From assembly GCA_015233405.1 (NCBI GenBank), contig JADFXT010000010.1:41578-105577 (forward strand): a stretch of DNA of 64,000 bases. Reading direction: 5' to 3'. Shown here piece after piece: positions 55,220-64,000 of this stretch. The notes below the pieces were generated by a model. The model saw nothing but the letters and a program-made list of their open reading frames with translations, had not been told where the DNA came from and ran no database searches. Each line of letters starts with the position of its first letter. The stretch's first letter is position 1. Source of the stretch: Candidatus Omnitrophota bacterium. GTDB taxonomy: Bacteria; Omnitrophota; Gorgyraeia; Zapsychrales; Zapsychraceae. The position numbers and the translations under genes were made by a program.

Positions 55220-58200
55220 CCGGCGCAGCCAATACCATTAAAGAACAAGGAATGAAAAAAATATTTCCGCAAAAGGTCCGCATTGCCGTCGGAATGGGCA
55301 CGTGCGGCATCGGGAATGGCGCAGATGAAGTCTATCGTGCGCTGGAAAAGAAAATCAAAAAAAGAAAACTCAAGATTTATCTGACCAAAACCGGATGTTT
55401 TGGCTTTTGTGCTCAGGAGCCGTTGGTCAACGTCCAGATCCCCGGCAAACCGCTCGTTATTTTTAAGCAGGTCAAGGTCGCCGATGTAAATCAACTGATG
55501 AATTTTGCCGCGGGTGGCAAAATTCCTCCAGCGAATATTTTGTGCAAGATTGAGAGTTGGCATTTCTTAGCGGGGAAACATATTTTTGGAAAAGATTATC
55601 CTAATATCCCGCTTTGGAATGAAATCCCATTTTTTAAAGGACAAAAGAAAATCGTCTTAAGAAATGCGGGTCTTATTAATCCTGAAGATATTGAAGAATA
55701 TGTCGCGGTAGGCGGATATAGTGCTTTGGACAAGGCGCTTAAAAGCATGACGCCGGTCCAGGTGATCGAAGAAGTCAAAAAATCGAAATTGCGCGGGCGC
55801 GGCGGGGCAGGATTCCCGACGGGAATTAAATGGGAACTGATGCAAAAAGTCCCGGCTGAAGAAAAATATATTATTTGTAATGCTGATGAAGGCGACCCCG
55901 GCGCTTATATGAACCGTAATGAAATCGAAAGCGACCCGCATTCCTTGATCGAAGGCATGATCATCGGGGCGTACGGCATGGGGGCATCGAAAGGCATTGT
56001 TTATGCGCGCGCGGAATATCCTTTGGCCGTCGAGAGATTGAAACTTGCTATCCGCCAGGCGCGCGAATGCGGCCTTCTGGGAAAAAATATTTTAGGGTCA
56101 ACGTTTAGTTTTGATATTGACGTGGTCGAAGGCGCGGGGGCTTTTGTCTGCGGCGAAGAAACGGCTTTGATGGCGTCTATCGAAAGTGAAACCGGTCGTC
56201 CTCGTCCTCGTCCGCCATTCCCGGCGGAAAAAGGGCTTTATGGAAAGCCGACCACCATCAATAATGTGGAAACATGGTTTAATATCCCGGTCATTATTGG
56301 AAAAGGGTTTGATTGGTTTACTCATACGGGTACAGATAAAAGCGCTTGCACCAAGGTCTTTTCTCTCGTCGGGAAAATCAAGAATACAGGGCTCGTTGAG
56401 CTGCCACTGGGCACTCCTTTAAAGACAATCGTTTATAATATCGGCGAGGGGACTGGCACCAAACGCAGGGTCAAAGCTGTCCAAACGGGAGGGCCTTCCG
56501 GCGGATGCATTCCGGTGGAGCTTTTTGAAACGGTCGTGGATTATGAAACATTGGGGGCCTTAGGCGCTATCATGGGTTCCGGTGGGATGGTCGTTATGGA
56601 CGACGATAATTGCATGGTCGACGTGGCGCGGTATTTTACGGAATTTACCACATCGGAGTCTTGCGGGAAATGTACGCCCTGCCGGGAAGGATTATTTCAG
56701 CTTCTTAAGATGGTCAAAGATGTTACCGACGGGCATGCCTCTCCGAATGTCTTAGCGGATTTAGATGAGTTGGGGACCGTGATTAAAGATACAGCGCTTT
56801 GCGGTTTGGGGCAGACAGCTCCGAACCCGGTTTTGACGACCATGAAATATTTTCATAAAGAGTATATCGAGCATATTCAAGAAAACCGTTGTGATGCAGG
56901 GGTCTGTCAGCCGCTCTTTCTTTCTCCGTGCGAGAATGATTGTCCTCTTCACATGAACATCCCGGGATATCTGGAGTTGTTCAAGGAGCAGAGGCTTGAG
57001 GATTCTTTTGAAATGATCATGCGTTATAATCCTCTTCCGGCGTCAACGGGAAGGATATGCCATTTTCATTGTAAGATGCGCTGCCGCCGGGAAGACCTGG
57101 ACCAGCCGATCGCCTCTGGGGAAAGTCATCGTTATATTGCGGATACTATTTATAAAGCAAAAAAAGAAAAAGCGGTCATCGAGAAATTGGTCAAAGGGAA
57201 TTTCCCTAAGACGGGAAAGAAAGTCTCCATTATCGGCGCCGGGCCCGCGGGTCTGACGGCCGGATTTTATTTGGCTAGGCTTGGATATGACGTCACAATT
57301 TATGAAGCCCAGGCCGAACCCGGCGGGATTTTACGCTACGGCATTCCCGAATACCGTCTGCCTAAGGCCGTGCTTAAAAAAGAAATTGAAAATATCAAGA
57401 AGTTCGGCGTCAAGATCCTCTGTAATCAAAAAATTGGCACGGATGGTCTTAAGAAAATAACGAAAGCCAGCGATGCGGTTTTTGTCGCGACGGGTGCTTA
57501 TAAAGATATGATGCTCGACATTCCCGGAGAATATCTAAAAGGGGTCATGGCCGGAAGCGCCTACTTAGAGGATATTGCCTTAGGCAAGAAAGTTGCCCTC
57601 GGCAAGGACGTTTTAATTATCGGCGCGGGTAATGTTGCGATTGACGCGGCGCGGACTGCATTTCGTTTCGGCGTTAACGTGACTGTCGTTTACCGACGGG
57701 AAAAAGAAGACATGCCGGCCAACAAGGATGAGATTTCCGAGGCGGAAAAAGAAGGCATTAAATTTGTCTTTTTGGCCGCACCAAAAGAAATTTTAGGTGA
57801 TGGGAAAAATAAAGTTAAAGCGCTTAAGGTGGAAAAGATGATTCCCGGCGAGTTTGACCTGTCCGGCAGGAAACGTCCGGCGGCGACGGGCGAGACTTAT
57901 GATATTGCCTGCGATACGATCCTTTTGGCAATTGGCGAGCGGGTTGAGTCGGAGTTCTTAAGCCAGGCTGGCATTTTGGTTAACAAAAACGGAACAGTCC
58001 AAGCGAACCACGTTACATTAAAAACGAACTTGCCTAACGTGTTTGCTGGTGGAGATTTGGTCATGGGGCCGGCGACGGCCGTCGAGGCCATGGCACATGG
58101 ATTACGGGTAACGCAAGCCATTGACCGTCAATTGAGCGGCGAAGACAGATTAATGAATCTTTTTGCGCCGGTTTTTGTTTACGAGAATATTGTTCCTACA

Positions 58201-58350
58201 GTGCCGCATCCTGCTAAAAGACAGCAAGGCAAGAAACTTGGGTTAAAGCAAAGAAAAGGTAGTTTTAAAGAAATTTCTGCGGGCCTCACGGGCGCGCAAG
58301 TAAAAGTTGAAGCGTTACGCTGTTTACGATGTGATGTGAAGGAATCATAG
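55216..58350 (+). CDS. NuoF/HndC-like flavoprotein subunit with N-terminal HndB-like 2Fe-2S domain and C-terminal GltD-like NAD(P)H oxidoreductase domain (fusion)
   Basis: ATGA start/stop overlap with the upstream gene. FMN site GRGGAGFPTG. GEETAL. ESCGKCTPCREG. From about 56887: CENDCPLHMNIPGY, IIGAGPAGLTAGFYLARLG and IIGAGNVAIDAAR, as in the glutamate synthase small subunit. Confidence 0.85.
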   Translation: MTGAANTIKEQGMKKIFPQKVRIAVGMGTCGIGNGADEVYRALEKKIKKRKLKIYLTKTGCFGFCAQEPLVNVQIPGKPLVIFKQVKVADVNQLMNFAAGGKIPPANILCKIESWHFLAGKHIFGKDYPNIPLWNEIPFFKGQKKIVLRNAGLINPEDIEEYVAVGGYSALDKALKSMTPVQVIEEVKKSKLRGRGGAGFPTGIKWELMQKVPAEEKYIICNADEGDPGAYMNRNEIESDPHSLIEGMIIGAYGMGASKGIVYARAEYPLAVERLKLAIRQARECGLLGKNILGSTFSFDIDVVEGAGAFVCGEETALMASIESETGRPRPRPPFPAEKGLYGKPTTINNVETWFNIPVIIGKGFDWFTHTGTDKSACTKVFSLVGKIKNTGLVELPLGTPLKTIVYNIGEGTGTKRRVKAVQTGGPSGGCIPVELFETVVDYETLGALGAIMGSGGMVVMDDDNCMVDVARYFTEFTTSESCGKCTPCREGLFQLLKMVKDVTDGHASPNVLADLDELGTVIKDTALCGLGQTAPNPVLTTMKYFHKEYIEHIQENRCDAGVCQPLFLSPCENDCPLHMNIPGYLELFKEQRLEDSFEMIMRYNPLPASTGRICHFHCKMRCRREDLDQPIASGESHRYIADTIYKAKKEKAVIEKLVKGNFPKTGKKVSIIGAGPAGLTAGFYLARLGYDVTIYEAQAEPGGILRYGIPEYRLPKAVLKKEIENIKKFGVKILCNQKIGTDGLKKITKASDAVFVATGAYKDMMLDIPGEYLKGVMAGSAYLEDIALGKKVALGKDVLIIGAGNVAIDAARTAFRFGVNVTVVYRREKEDMPANKDEISEAEKEGIKFVFLAAPKEILGDGKNKVKALKVEKMIPGEFDLSGRKRPAATGETYDIACDTILLAIGERVESEFLSQAGILVNKNGTVQANHVTLKTNLPNVFAGGDLVMGPATAVEAMAHGLRVTQAIDRQLSGEDRLMNLFAPVFVYENIVPTVPHPAKRQQGKKLGLKQRKGSFKEISAGLTGAQVKVEALRCLRCDVKES

Positions 58351-58360
58351 AGGAGATCGG

Positions 58361-60127
58361 ATGGCTGACAAGTTGTTTCAGGTAAAAATCGACGGAAAAA
58401 ATTATGAGATTGCCGCGGGCACTTCGATTCTTAAGGCGTGCCAGGATATCGGCATTGCGATTCCGACACTCTGTTATCTTGAGGGCGTGAGCGAGGCTGC
58501 GGCATGCTCTTTGTGCCTGGTTGAAATTAAAGGCGTCAAGCCTTTGATGCGCGCTTGTGTCACGAAGGTCAGAGATGGCATGGAGGTCAATACCTTTTCT
58601 GCGCGCGTCAACAAAGCCCGTAAGGTCAATATGGAGCTTTTGTTGGCGGGGCATCCTAAGGATTGTTTTGTTTGCGACCGTAACCAAGATTGCGAACTGC
58701 GTCGGATGGCTTTTGAGATGGGAATTCGTGAGGTCCGGTTCCCTAAAGTCACTACGCTAGAAACAGAGGTGGACATTTCCTCGCCGTCGATTATCCGCGA
58801 TCCTAATAAATGTATTTTATGCCGTCGGTGTGTGAGTGTTTGTAGCGCGATCCAGGCGGTTCATGCGATTGATGCGGTGGGCCGCGGGAAACAAACCAAG
58901 ATCTCGACGTATGGCGATAAAGGGTTGGGACATGTGGCGTGTATCAATTGCGGGCAATGTTTGCTGGTCTGTCCGACGGGCGCTTTGACCGAACAAACGA
59001 AGGTCTCCGATATTTGGAGGGCTTTGACCGACCCCAAGAAGATCGTGATGGTCGAGACTGCTCCGGCGGTGCGCGCGGCTATTGGCGAGGAATTCGGGCT
59101 TGAACCGGGCACGTTAGCGACGGGGAAAATGGTCGCCGCTCTACGCAGACTTGGCTTTAATAAGGTTTTCGATACACAGTTTAGCGCGGATTTGACGATC
59201 CTGGAAGAAGGCCACGAGCTGATTGAACGCATCAAGAATAAAGGCGTTTTGCCGTTGATCACCTCTTGCTCTCCGGGATGGATCAAGTTCGCCGAGCATT
59301 TTTATCCGGGGATATTAAAAAATCTTTCGACGTGTAAATCGCCCCAGCAGATGTTCGGGGCTATCGCGAAGACTTATTACGCCGAGAAGATGAAGGTCGA
59401 CCCGCGCGACATCGTGGTCGTTTCCATTATGCCGTGCGTCGCCAAGAAATTCGAGGCGGATAGACCGGAAATGGACAGCGCGTTTCATTATTGGAAAGAT
59501 ACGCTCAAATTAAAGCCCGAGGACCATTTTAAGGACGTGGATTTTGTTTTAACGACCCGAGAAGCCGGCCGAATGGTCAGAGAGGCCGGAATTGATTTTG
59601 TGCATTTGCCAGATGAGGATTTTGACGCTCCGCTCGGAGTTTCTACAGGCGCCGCCGTCATCTTCGGCGCCACGGGTGGTGTTATGGAAGCTGCTTTACG
59701 TACCGCGTATGAAGTATTAACCGGGAATCCTTTACCGAAGATAGATTTTGAAAGTGTCCGCGGTTTAAAAGGGATCAAGACGGCCGAGGTCGACATCAAT
59801 GGCATGAAAGTCAAGATCGCGGTCGCCCACAGTCTCGGGCATGCGCGTGTTTTATTAGATGAGATCAAAGAAGGCAGATCTCCGTATGCCTTTATCGAGA
59901 TCATGACCTGTCCTGGCGGATGCATCGGCGGTGGTGGGCAGCCTTTACCAACGAATACAGTCGTCCGGCAGAAACGTATTGACGCTATTTACAGAGAAGA
60001 TAAGAATAAACAGTTGCGCAAATCCCACGAAAATCCTGCGGTCCTTGCCTTGTATAACGAATTTCTCGGTAAGCCTCTCGGTGAGAAATCCCATCATCTG
60101 TTGCATACAACTTACGTGAAAAGATAG
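58361..60127 (+). CDS. hydA: [FeFe]-hydrogenase catalytic subunit (M3-type, NuoG-like N-terminus)
   Basis: N-terminal 2Fe-2S and His-ligated cluster region (HPKDCFVCDRNQDCELRR). Two ferredoxin motifs (CILCRRCVSVC, CINCGQCLLVCP). H-domain motifs: L1 TSCSPGW (variant), L2 MPCVAKKFE, L3 EIMTCPGGCIGGGGQP. Confidence 0.92.
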   Translation: MADKLFQVKIDGKNYEIAAGTSILKACQDIGIAIPTLCYLEGVSEAAACSLCLVEIKGVKPLMRACVTKVRDGMEVNTFSARVNKARKVNMELLLAGHPKDCFVCDRNQDCELRRMAFEMGIREVRFPKVTTLETEVDISSPSIIRDPNKCILCRRCVSVCSAIQAVHAIDAVGRGKQTKISTYGDKGLGHVACINCGQCLLVCPTGALTEQTKVSDIWRALTDPKKIVMVETAPAVRAAIGEEFGLEPGTLATGKMVAALRRLGFNKVFDTQFSADLTILEEGHELIERIKNKGVLPLITSCSPGWIKFAEHFYPGILKNLSTCKSPQQMFGAIAKTYYAEKMKVDPRDIVVVSIMPCVAKKFEADRPEMDSAFHYWKDTLKLKPEDHFKDVDFVLTTREAGRMVREAGIDFVHLPDEDFDAPLGVSTGAAVIFGATGGVMEAALRTAYEVLTGNPLPKIDFESVRGLKGIKTAEVDINGMKVKIAVAHSLGHARVLLDEIKEGRSPYAFIEIMTCPGGCIGGGGQPLPTNTVVRQKRIDAIYREDKNKQLRKSHENPAVLALYNEFLGKPLGEKSHHLLHTTYVKR

Positions 60128-60223
60128 AAACGGAAATCTTCCTTCCTTTTTTCATTGGACATATTGAACATATACGGTTACAATATCTCCCAACTATAAC
60201 TGCTACTGAAAGGTTTTTCACCC

Positions 60224-61807
60224 ATGCTTGATAGAACAAAAGAACGTTTTCGTTTAAGAATCATTATCCCGGCGTTTCCAGCGTTTAATATTTATTCCTA
60301 CATCGCCGACAGGACGACGGCTTTAGGCCCGGTCTGTGTTGCGACCGCCGCCAACAAACTTCAGCACTGGGATGTCGAAGTTATCGACGAGAATAATCTG
60401 CGTATGCATGGTCCCCGCGGCCCCATTGGCGCGGACCATAAATTATTACAATGGATCAGACCGGCGGATGTTGTCGGGTTTTACGGCGGGCTCACCTCGA
60501 CCATTCCGCGGCTTTATGAACTTTCGAATTTTTATAAGAAGGCGGGTTGCATTACCTTGGCCGGCGGACAGCATTTTCTTGAAGAGAATATTGAGGAAGG
60601 TCTTAATTCCAACCTTGATTATATTATCCGTGGCGAGGCTGAAGAAACCATTGAAGAATTTCTTTTGGCCCTTGAGAACAACAAGAGCCTTGAGGGCATT
60701 AAAGGTTTGGCATACCGGCAAAACGGAAAAACAGTTTTAACGCCTGAGCGGCCTGAGATCACTGATTTCGACCAGTTCCCCATTCCGGATTTTTCTTTGG
60801 TGCGTTATGCCAGGATCATTATGTATCCGGTCGGAAGAATCCGCGGCTGCGGGATGAACTGCGAGTTCTGCACGGTCAAGGGTAATATCCGCTGCGCGTC
60901 TCCGGAAAGGCTCATGGAACAGATCAGCCTTTTATTGGAGACCAAAGACGCTCGCCACTTTTTTGTCGTCGACGATTTATTTGGCCAGCAGCGTTCGGAA
61001 ACGTTACGCTTTTGTGAATTGCTTAAGAACTATCAGCTGGCGATCAAAAAACGTTTGGACCTGGCGGTCCAGATCAGGCTTGATAAGGCCAAGGATGCCG
61101 AGCTTTTGACCGCGATGAGAGCGGCTGGGATCAATATTGTTTGTATCGGTTATGAGTCTCCCGTCGAGGAAGAACTCGAGGTCATGAACAAGCATTTAAA
61201 GTCCCAGGACATGGTCGACCTGACAAAGCTTTACCATAAGGCTGGTTTTATTATTCACGGAATGTTTATCTTTGGATATCCGGCGAAAGAGGGGACATCC
61301 TTTACCCTGTCCATCGACGAGCGCGTCAAGGCCTACAGAAATTTCATCAAGAAAGCCGGCGTCGATACGATTCAGGTTCTTTTGCCTGTTCCGCTTCCCG
61401 GCACGGAATTCCGTAAAAGACTTCAAAGTCAGAACAGGATCTATCCTAAAGAGCGTTTGGGATGGGAATATTATGACGGGAATTTTCCTCTTTTTGAGCC
61501 TGACCCGCCTATCACGGCAGAACAGATGCAAGAGGCCGTTAAGAAGATCATGGGAAAATTTTATCGGTTCCGCCATATGTTCATGATTTTGGTGAATATC
61601 ATTCTTTTCCCGTCGATGATCTTTTATCTTCACAATATCAAGCCTGGCTGGCGCCAGTGGTACCGTCAATGGCGTAATCATCTGATCCGTTTCGGCGGAT
61701 GGATGACATTTCGCGGATGGATGGCCGCATTCAAGAAAGATCCGTTCAGTGAAAATTTGCAAAAAGCCAAAGAGGACTTAACTGCGCAGAAAGGTTTGAA
61801 AAAATAA
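60224..61807 (+). CDS. B12-binding-domain radical SAM protein with C-terminal membrane segment
   Basis: CxxxCxxC at 60848-60871 (CGMNCEFC). An N-terminal Rossmann-like B12-binding-type region. A hydrophobic C-terminal helix (FMILVNIILFPSMIFYL). Not HydE/HydG-like by eye. Confidence 0.75.
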   Translation: MLDRTKERFRLRIIIPAFPAFNIYSYIADRTTALGPVCVATAANKLQHWDVEVIDENNLRMHGPRGPIGADHKLLQWIRPADVVGFYGGLTSTIPRLYELSNFYKKAGCITLAGGQHFLEENIEEGLNSNLDYIIRGEAEETIEEFLLALENNKSLEGIKGLAYRQNGKTVLTPERPEITDFDQFPIPDFSLVRYARIIMYPVGRIRGCGMNCEFCTVKGNIRCASPERLMEQISLLLETKDARHFFVVDDLFGQQRSETLRFCELLKNYQLAIKKRLDLAVQIRLDKAKDAELLTAMRAAGINIVCIGYESPVEEELEVMNKHLKSQDMVDLTKLYHKAGFIIHGMFIFGYPAKEGTSFTLSIDERVKAYRNFIKKAGVDTIQVLLPVPLPGTEFRKRLQSQNRIYPKERLGWEYYDGNFPLFEPDPPITAEQMQEAVKKIMGKFYRFRHMFMILVNIILFPSMIFYLHNIKPGWRQWYRQWRNHLIRFGGWMTFRGWMAAFKKDPFSENLQKAKEDLTAQKGLKK

Positions 61808-61956
61808 TGCCTAAGGCCTCACAAGGCTGATGGGTGAAAAATTTTTCTTGCCAAATTTCAAAAAAGGAGTATAAGCTAAAATTAACAACCCTGAAAAGAA
61901 AGGGGCGTGTGATTTGAGCTTAAAAATTCTAACATATATTCCAAGCGATTTCTGAA

Positions 61957-61992
61957 GGGCAACTCGAAATGAAAAACGAGTTGCCCTTTTTT
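61957..61992 (+). terminator. Rho-independent terminator
   Basis: gggcaactcg-aaatgaaaaa-cgagttgccc followed by tttttt. It lies about 150 nt after the radical SAM stop codon. Confidence 0.8.
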
Positions 61993-62122
61993 ATTGGCCT
62001 GCCTTTTAATGTTCTTAAGAAAGAGATCATCAACCCCTTAGTGAGCTTTAGTGAGCCGCAGGGGTTACCTCAAAAAATTCAAATTTTTTAAAAATATTTT
62101 TTAATACCAAAGGGGGTGAATT

Positions 62123-62581
62123 ATGAAAAGACTCGTAGATGTCCATACGGACGAAATCATGGCCGGGAGTGCAGAGACAATTCTTCATTCCGATGCCAAG
62201 CGCGCCTGCATGGTCCTTTGCGCCTATGATTCCATGAAGAAGATCGGCGGATTGGCACATGCCATGTTTTTATCAGGACCGGCAGCTGAAAAGAAACACA
62301 GCTCAGCGGCCATCCGTGAAGCAGACAGGGCCATTGATGAGATGCTTTCCGATATGATGATGATGGGGGCCAGGAAAGAAAACATCGAAGTGTGTTTTAT
62401 CGCCGGAGAAAATGTTCCCCATAAACAAAATGACCCCGAATACAATAAAACCCTTACTTCCGCTTTGGAGGTTTTAAAGCAGAAACAAATTAAACTCCGT
62501 GAAGGTTCCCTCAACGACGTTGGCAACAGGCATATCTGTTTTGACGTGGAGACAGGCAGCGTTTCTACCACAGAAAAATAG
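62123..62581 (+). CDS. cheD: CheD-like chemoreceptor glutamine deamidase family protein
   Basis: Co-linear with T. maritima CheD as I recall it: KRACMVLCAYDSMKKIGGLAHAMF vs LGSCVAVCMRDPVAKVGAMAHVML (catalytic Cys and His kept), and GNRHICFDVETGSV vs GNRARSVEYNIETGKL. Confidence 0.7.
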   Translation: MKRLVDVHTDEIMAGSAETILHSDAKRACMVLCAYDSMKKIGGLAHAMFLSGPAAEKKHSSAAIREADRAIDEMLSDMMMMGARKENIEVCFIAGENVPHKQNDPEYNKTLTSALEVLKQKQIKLREGSLNDVGNRHICFDVETGSVSTTEK

Positions 62582-62641
62582 TCACGGCACGAAGCCCTTT
62601 GAGCCCTAATCCTCAAAGGGGCAAGAAAGGATGTCCGGCCT

Positions 62642-64000
62642 ATGAATGTCAATCAAAAACGTGATATTGTCCTCGTAGGGCATGCTCACTCTGGTAAGAC
62701 GACCCTTGCAGAGAGCATGCTTTTTTTATGCGGGGCCACGTCCCGCAAAGGGGATGTGATGCAAGGCAGTTCCATCAGTGATTATAATGACGACGAGCGT
62801 GATCGTAAAATTTCCATCAACGCCAGTTTCCTTAATGCCACGTTTAAAGACCATGGCCTTCAGATCATTGACACTCCCGGTTATTTGGATTTTATCGGAG
62901 AAACAGTCTCTTCCTTAAAAGTTTCCGATGGGGCCGTTATCGTCGTGGATGCGGTCAGCGGCGTCGAAGTCGGCACCGAAGATGTCTGGCAGCGCCTGGA
63001 TTCGCTTCAAATCCCAAGGCTTATTTTTATTAATAAGATCGATAAGGAAGGCGCTGATCTTACCGAGACGATCAATACCATCAAAGACCAGCTTTCGACA
63101 CGCGCGGTATTACTGAATCTCGATTCGTCGGACTTCATCGAAGCCGTTGCCGAAAGTGACGACCAGCTTCTTGAAAAATATTTGGACAAAGGGTCCTTGT
63201 CCCGGGAAGAAGTCGAAGGTGCTGTCCGTAAGGCGGTCCTGGAACGAAAACTCTTTCCCATTTTGACGGGAAGTGCCTCGTCCGATAAAGGCGTTAAAGA
63301 ACTCTTAGACGCTATTATGGCGTATTTACCTTCTCCTCTCGACCACATGCCATTTAAAGTCAAAGATCCTGTAAATCATACAGAGAAAGAAATCGAGTCT
63401 AGTTCCGACGGGCCATTCGCGGGATTTGTTTTTAAATCGATGTTCGACCCGCATTTGGGGCATTTGTCCTTGATGCGCGTTCTTAGAGGAACGCTTAACA
63501 GCAATAGTGATTTTATCAATGCGAACAATTCGACCAAGGAACATATCGGCGGGATTACGATCCTTCAGGGAAAAGACCAGGTGACGGTTTCTCAAGCCAG
63601 ATGCGGGGATATTGTGGCGTTGCCGAAGTTGAAAAATACCCACGTCTCGGATTGTTTATGTGATGCCAAAGAGAAAATTTCTTTGGACCCGATTGAATTT
63701 CCCGAGCCGTCTATTTCCGCGTCCATTAAGCCAAAGACCCGGGAGGACGAAGAAAAGATCTCGAGTAGCCTTCACCGGCTTTGCGAAGAAGATCATACGT
63801 TCCAGGTCAAGCGCGACGAGGAAACCAAGGAGCTGATTGTTTCCGGCGTGGGAGATCTGCATCTTAAAATCCTCATGGACCGGATGAAAAGCCGCTATCA
63901 CGTCGATGTGGAAGTCGGCAAGCCCAAGGTTTCTTACCGTGAAGCCATCAGCAAAACCGCGCGCGCCCGGTATAAATATAAAAAGCAGTCCGGTGGGCGT
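62642..64000 (+). CDS. Elongation factor G family GTPase (EF-G paralog); continues past the right window edge
   Basis: Absent from the ORF track because there is no stop in the window. G1 VGHAHSGKTT. G3 DTPGYLDF. NKID. The window ends in ...RYKYKKQSGGR, which is the conserved EF-G domain IV/V region. Confidence 0.9.
   Translation, partial: MNVNQKRDIVLVGHAHSGKTTLAESMLFLCGATSRKGDVMQGSSISDYNDDERDRKISINASFLNATFKDHGLQIIDTPGYLDFIGETVSSLKVSDGAVIVVDAVSGVEVGTEDVWQRLDSLQIPRLIFINKIDKEGADLTETINTIKDQLSTRAVLLNLDSSDFIEAVAESDDQLLEKYLDKGSLSREEVEGAVRKAVLERKLFPILTGSASSDKGVKELLDAIMAYLPSPLDHMPFKVKDPVNHTEKEIESSSDGPFAGFVFKSMFDPHLGHLSLMRVLRGTLNSNSDFINANNSTKEHIGGITILQGKDQVTVSQARCGDIVALPKLKNTHVSDCLCDAKEKISLDPIEFPEPSISASIKPKTREDEEKISSSLHRLCEEDHTFQVKRDEETKELIVSGVGDLHLKILMDRMKSRYHVDVEVGKPKVSYREAISKTARARYKYKKQSGGR

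Noticed and set aside
14238-61762. Numerous antisense or alternative-frame track ORFs inside long CDS, e.g. 15997-16461 (-), 37200-37721 (-), 53311-53775 (-), 58861-59286 (-), 61196-61762 (-), 10164-10574 (+), 60336-60740 (+) and 28167-28589 (-).
   Set aside because: Each is fully nested in a longer ORF that has strong family signatures. They have low-complexity or Arg/Ser/Pro-rich composition typical of shadow frames and no SD sequences.
1-64000. CRISPR arrays, rRNA genes, intact transposases or prophage blocks.
   Set aside because: No regularly spaced direct repeats were seen; all repeats here are dispersed palindromes or a single 2-copy tandem. No rRNA-like conserved segments or transposase/terminase-like ORFs were recognised.

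Overview
This 64-kb window is a gene-dense bacterial chromosome segment, almost entirely plus-strand. It probably comes from an uncultivated anaerobe; an Omnitrophota-like lineage is only a guess. About 40 CDS are supportable. Housekeeping calls include mscL, an MscS channel, AddA/AddB-like helicase-nuclease, a Deg/HtrA protease, glyQS, ppdK, an RpoD-like sigma factor, apt, amt-glnK, tRNA-Arg(CCT) and a partial EF-G paralog. There is also a NuoE/NuoF/HydA-type [FeFe]-hydrogenase operon.

The main signal is two giant ORFs (3301 aa at 22194-32099 and about 1897 aa at 46919-52612). They are homologous only at their ends: an N-terminal domain of about 330 aa that I cannot name, and a C-terminal tail of about 65 aa (GGID[LM]N...PVI...LLG). 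Their cores are unrelated and modular. The modules are separated by a recurring D-x-A-M(M) junction, and in the larger protein that junction is repeatedly followed by signal-peptide-like segments.

One core carries three transglutaminase-like plus TPR modules. The other is a chain of cytoplasmic-type enzymes: a P-loop kinase-like module, a NagB-like module, a PIG-L/LmbE-like module and a SAM methyltransferase.

Several families of palindromic repeat elements are present. Two are inserted in-frame at the same linker position in the two giant paralogs.

Other items are a ParA ATPase fused to an AMPK-beta-type glycogen-binding domain, a decayed integration scar at the left edge (Fic gene, integrase remnant, tmRNA/tRNA-Ala-like 3' fragment), and a Cys-to-Ser change in the HydA L1 motif. 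All functional calls rest on motif recognition by eye. No database search was run.
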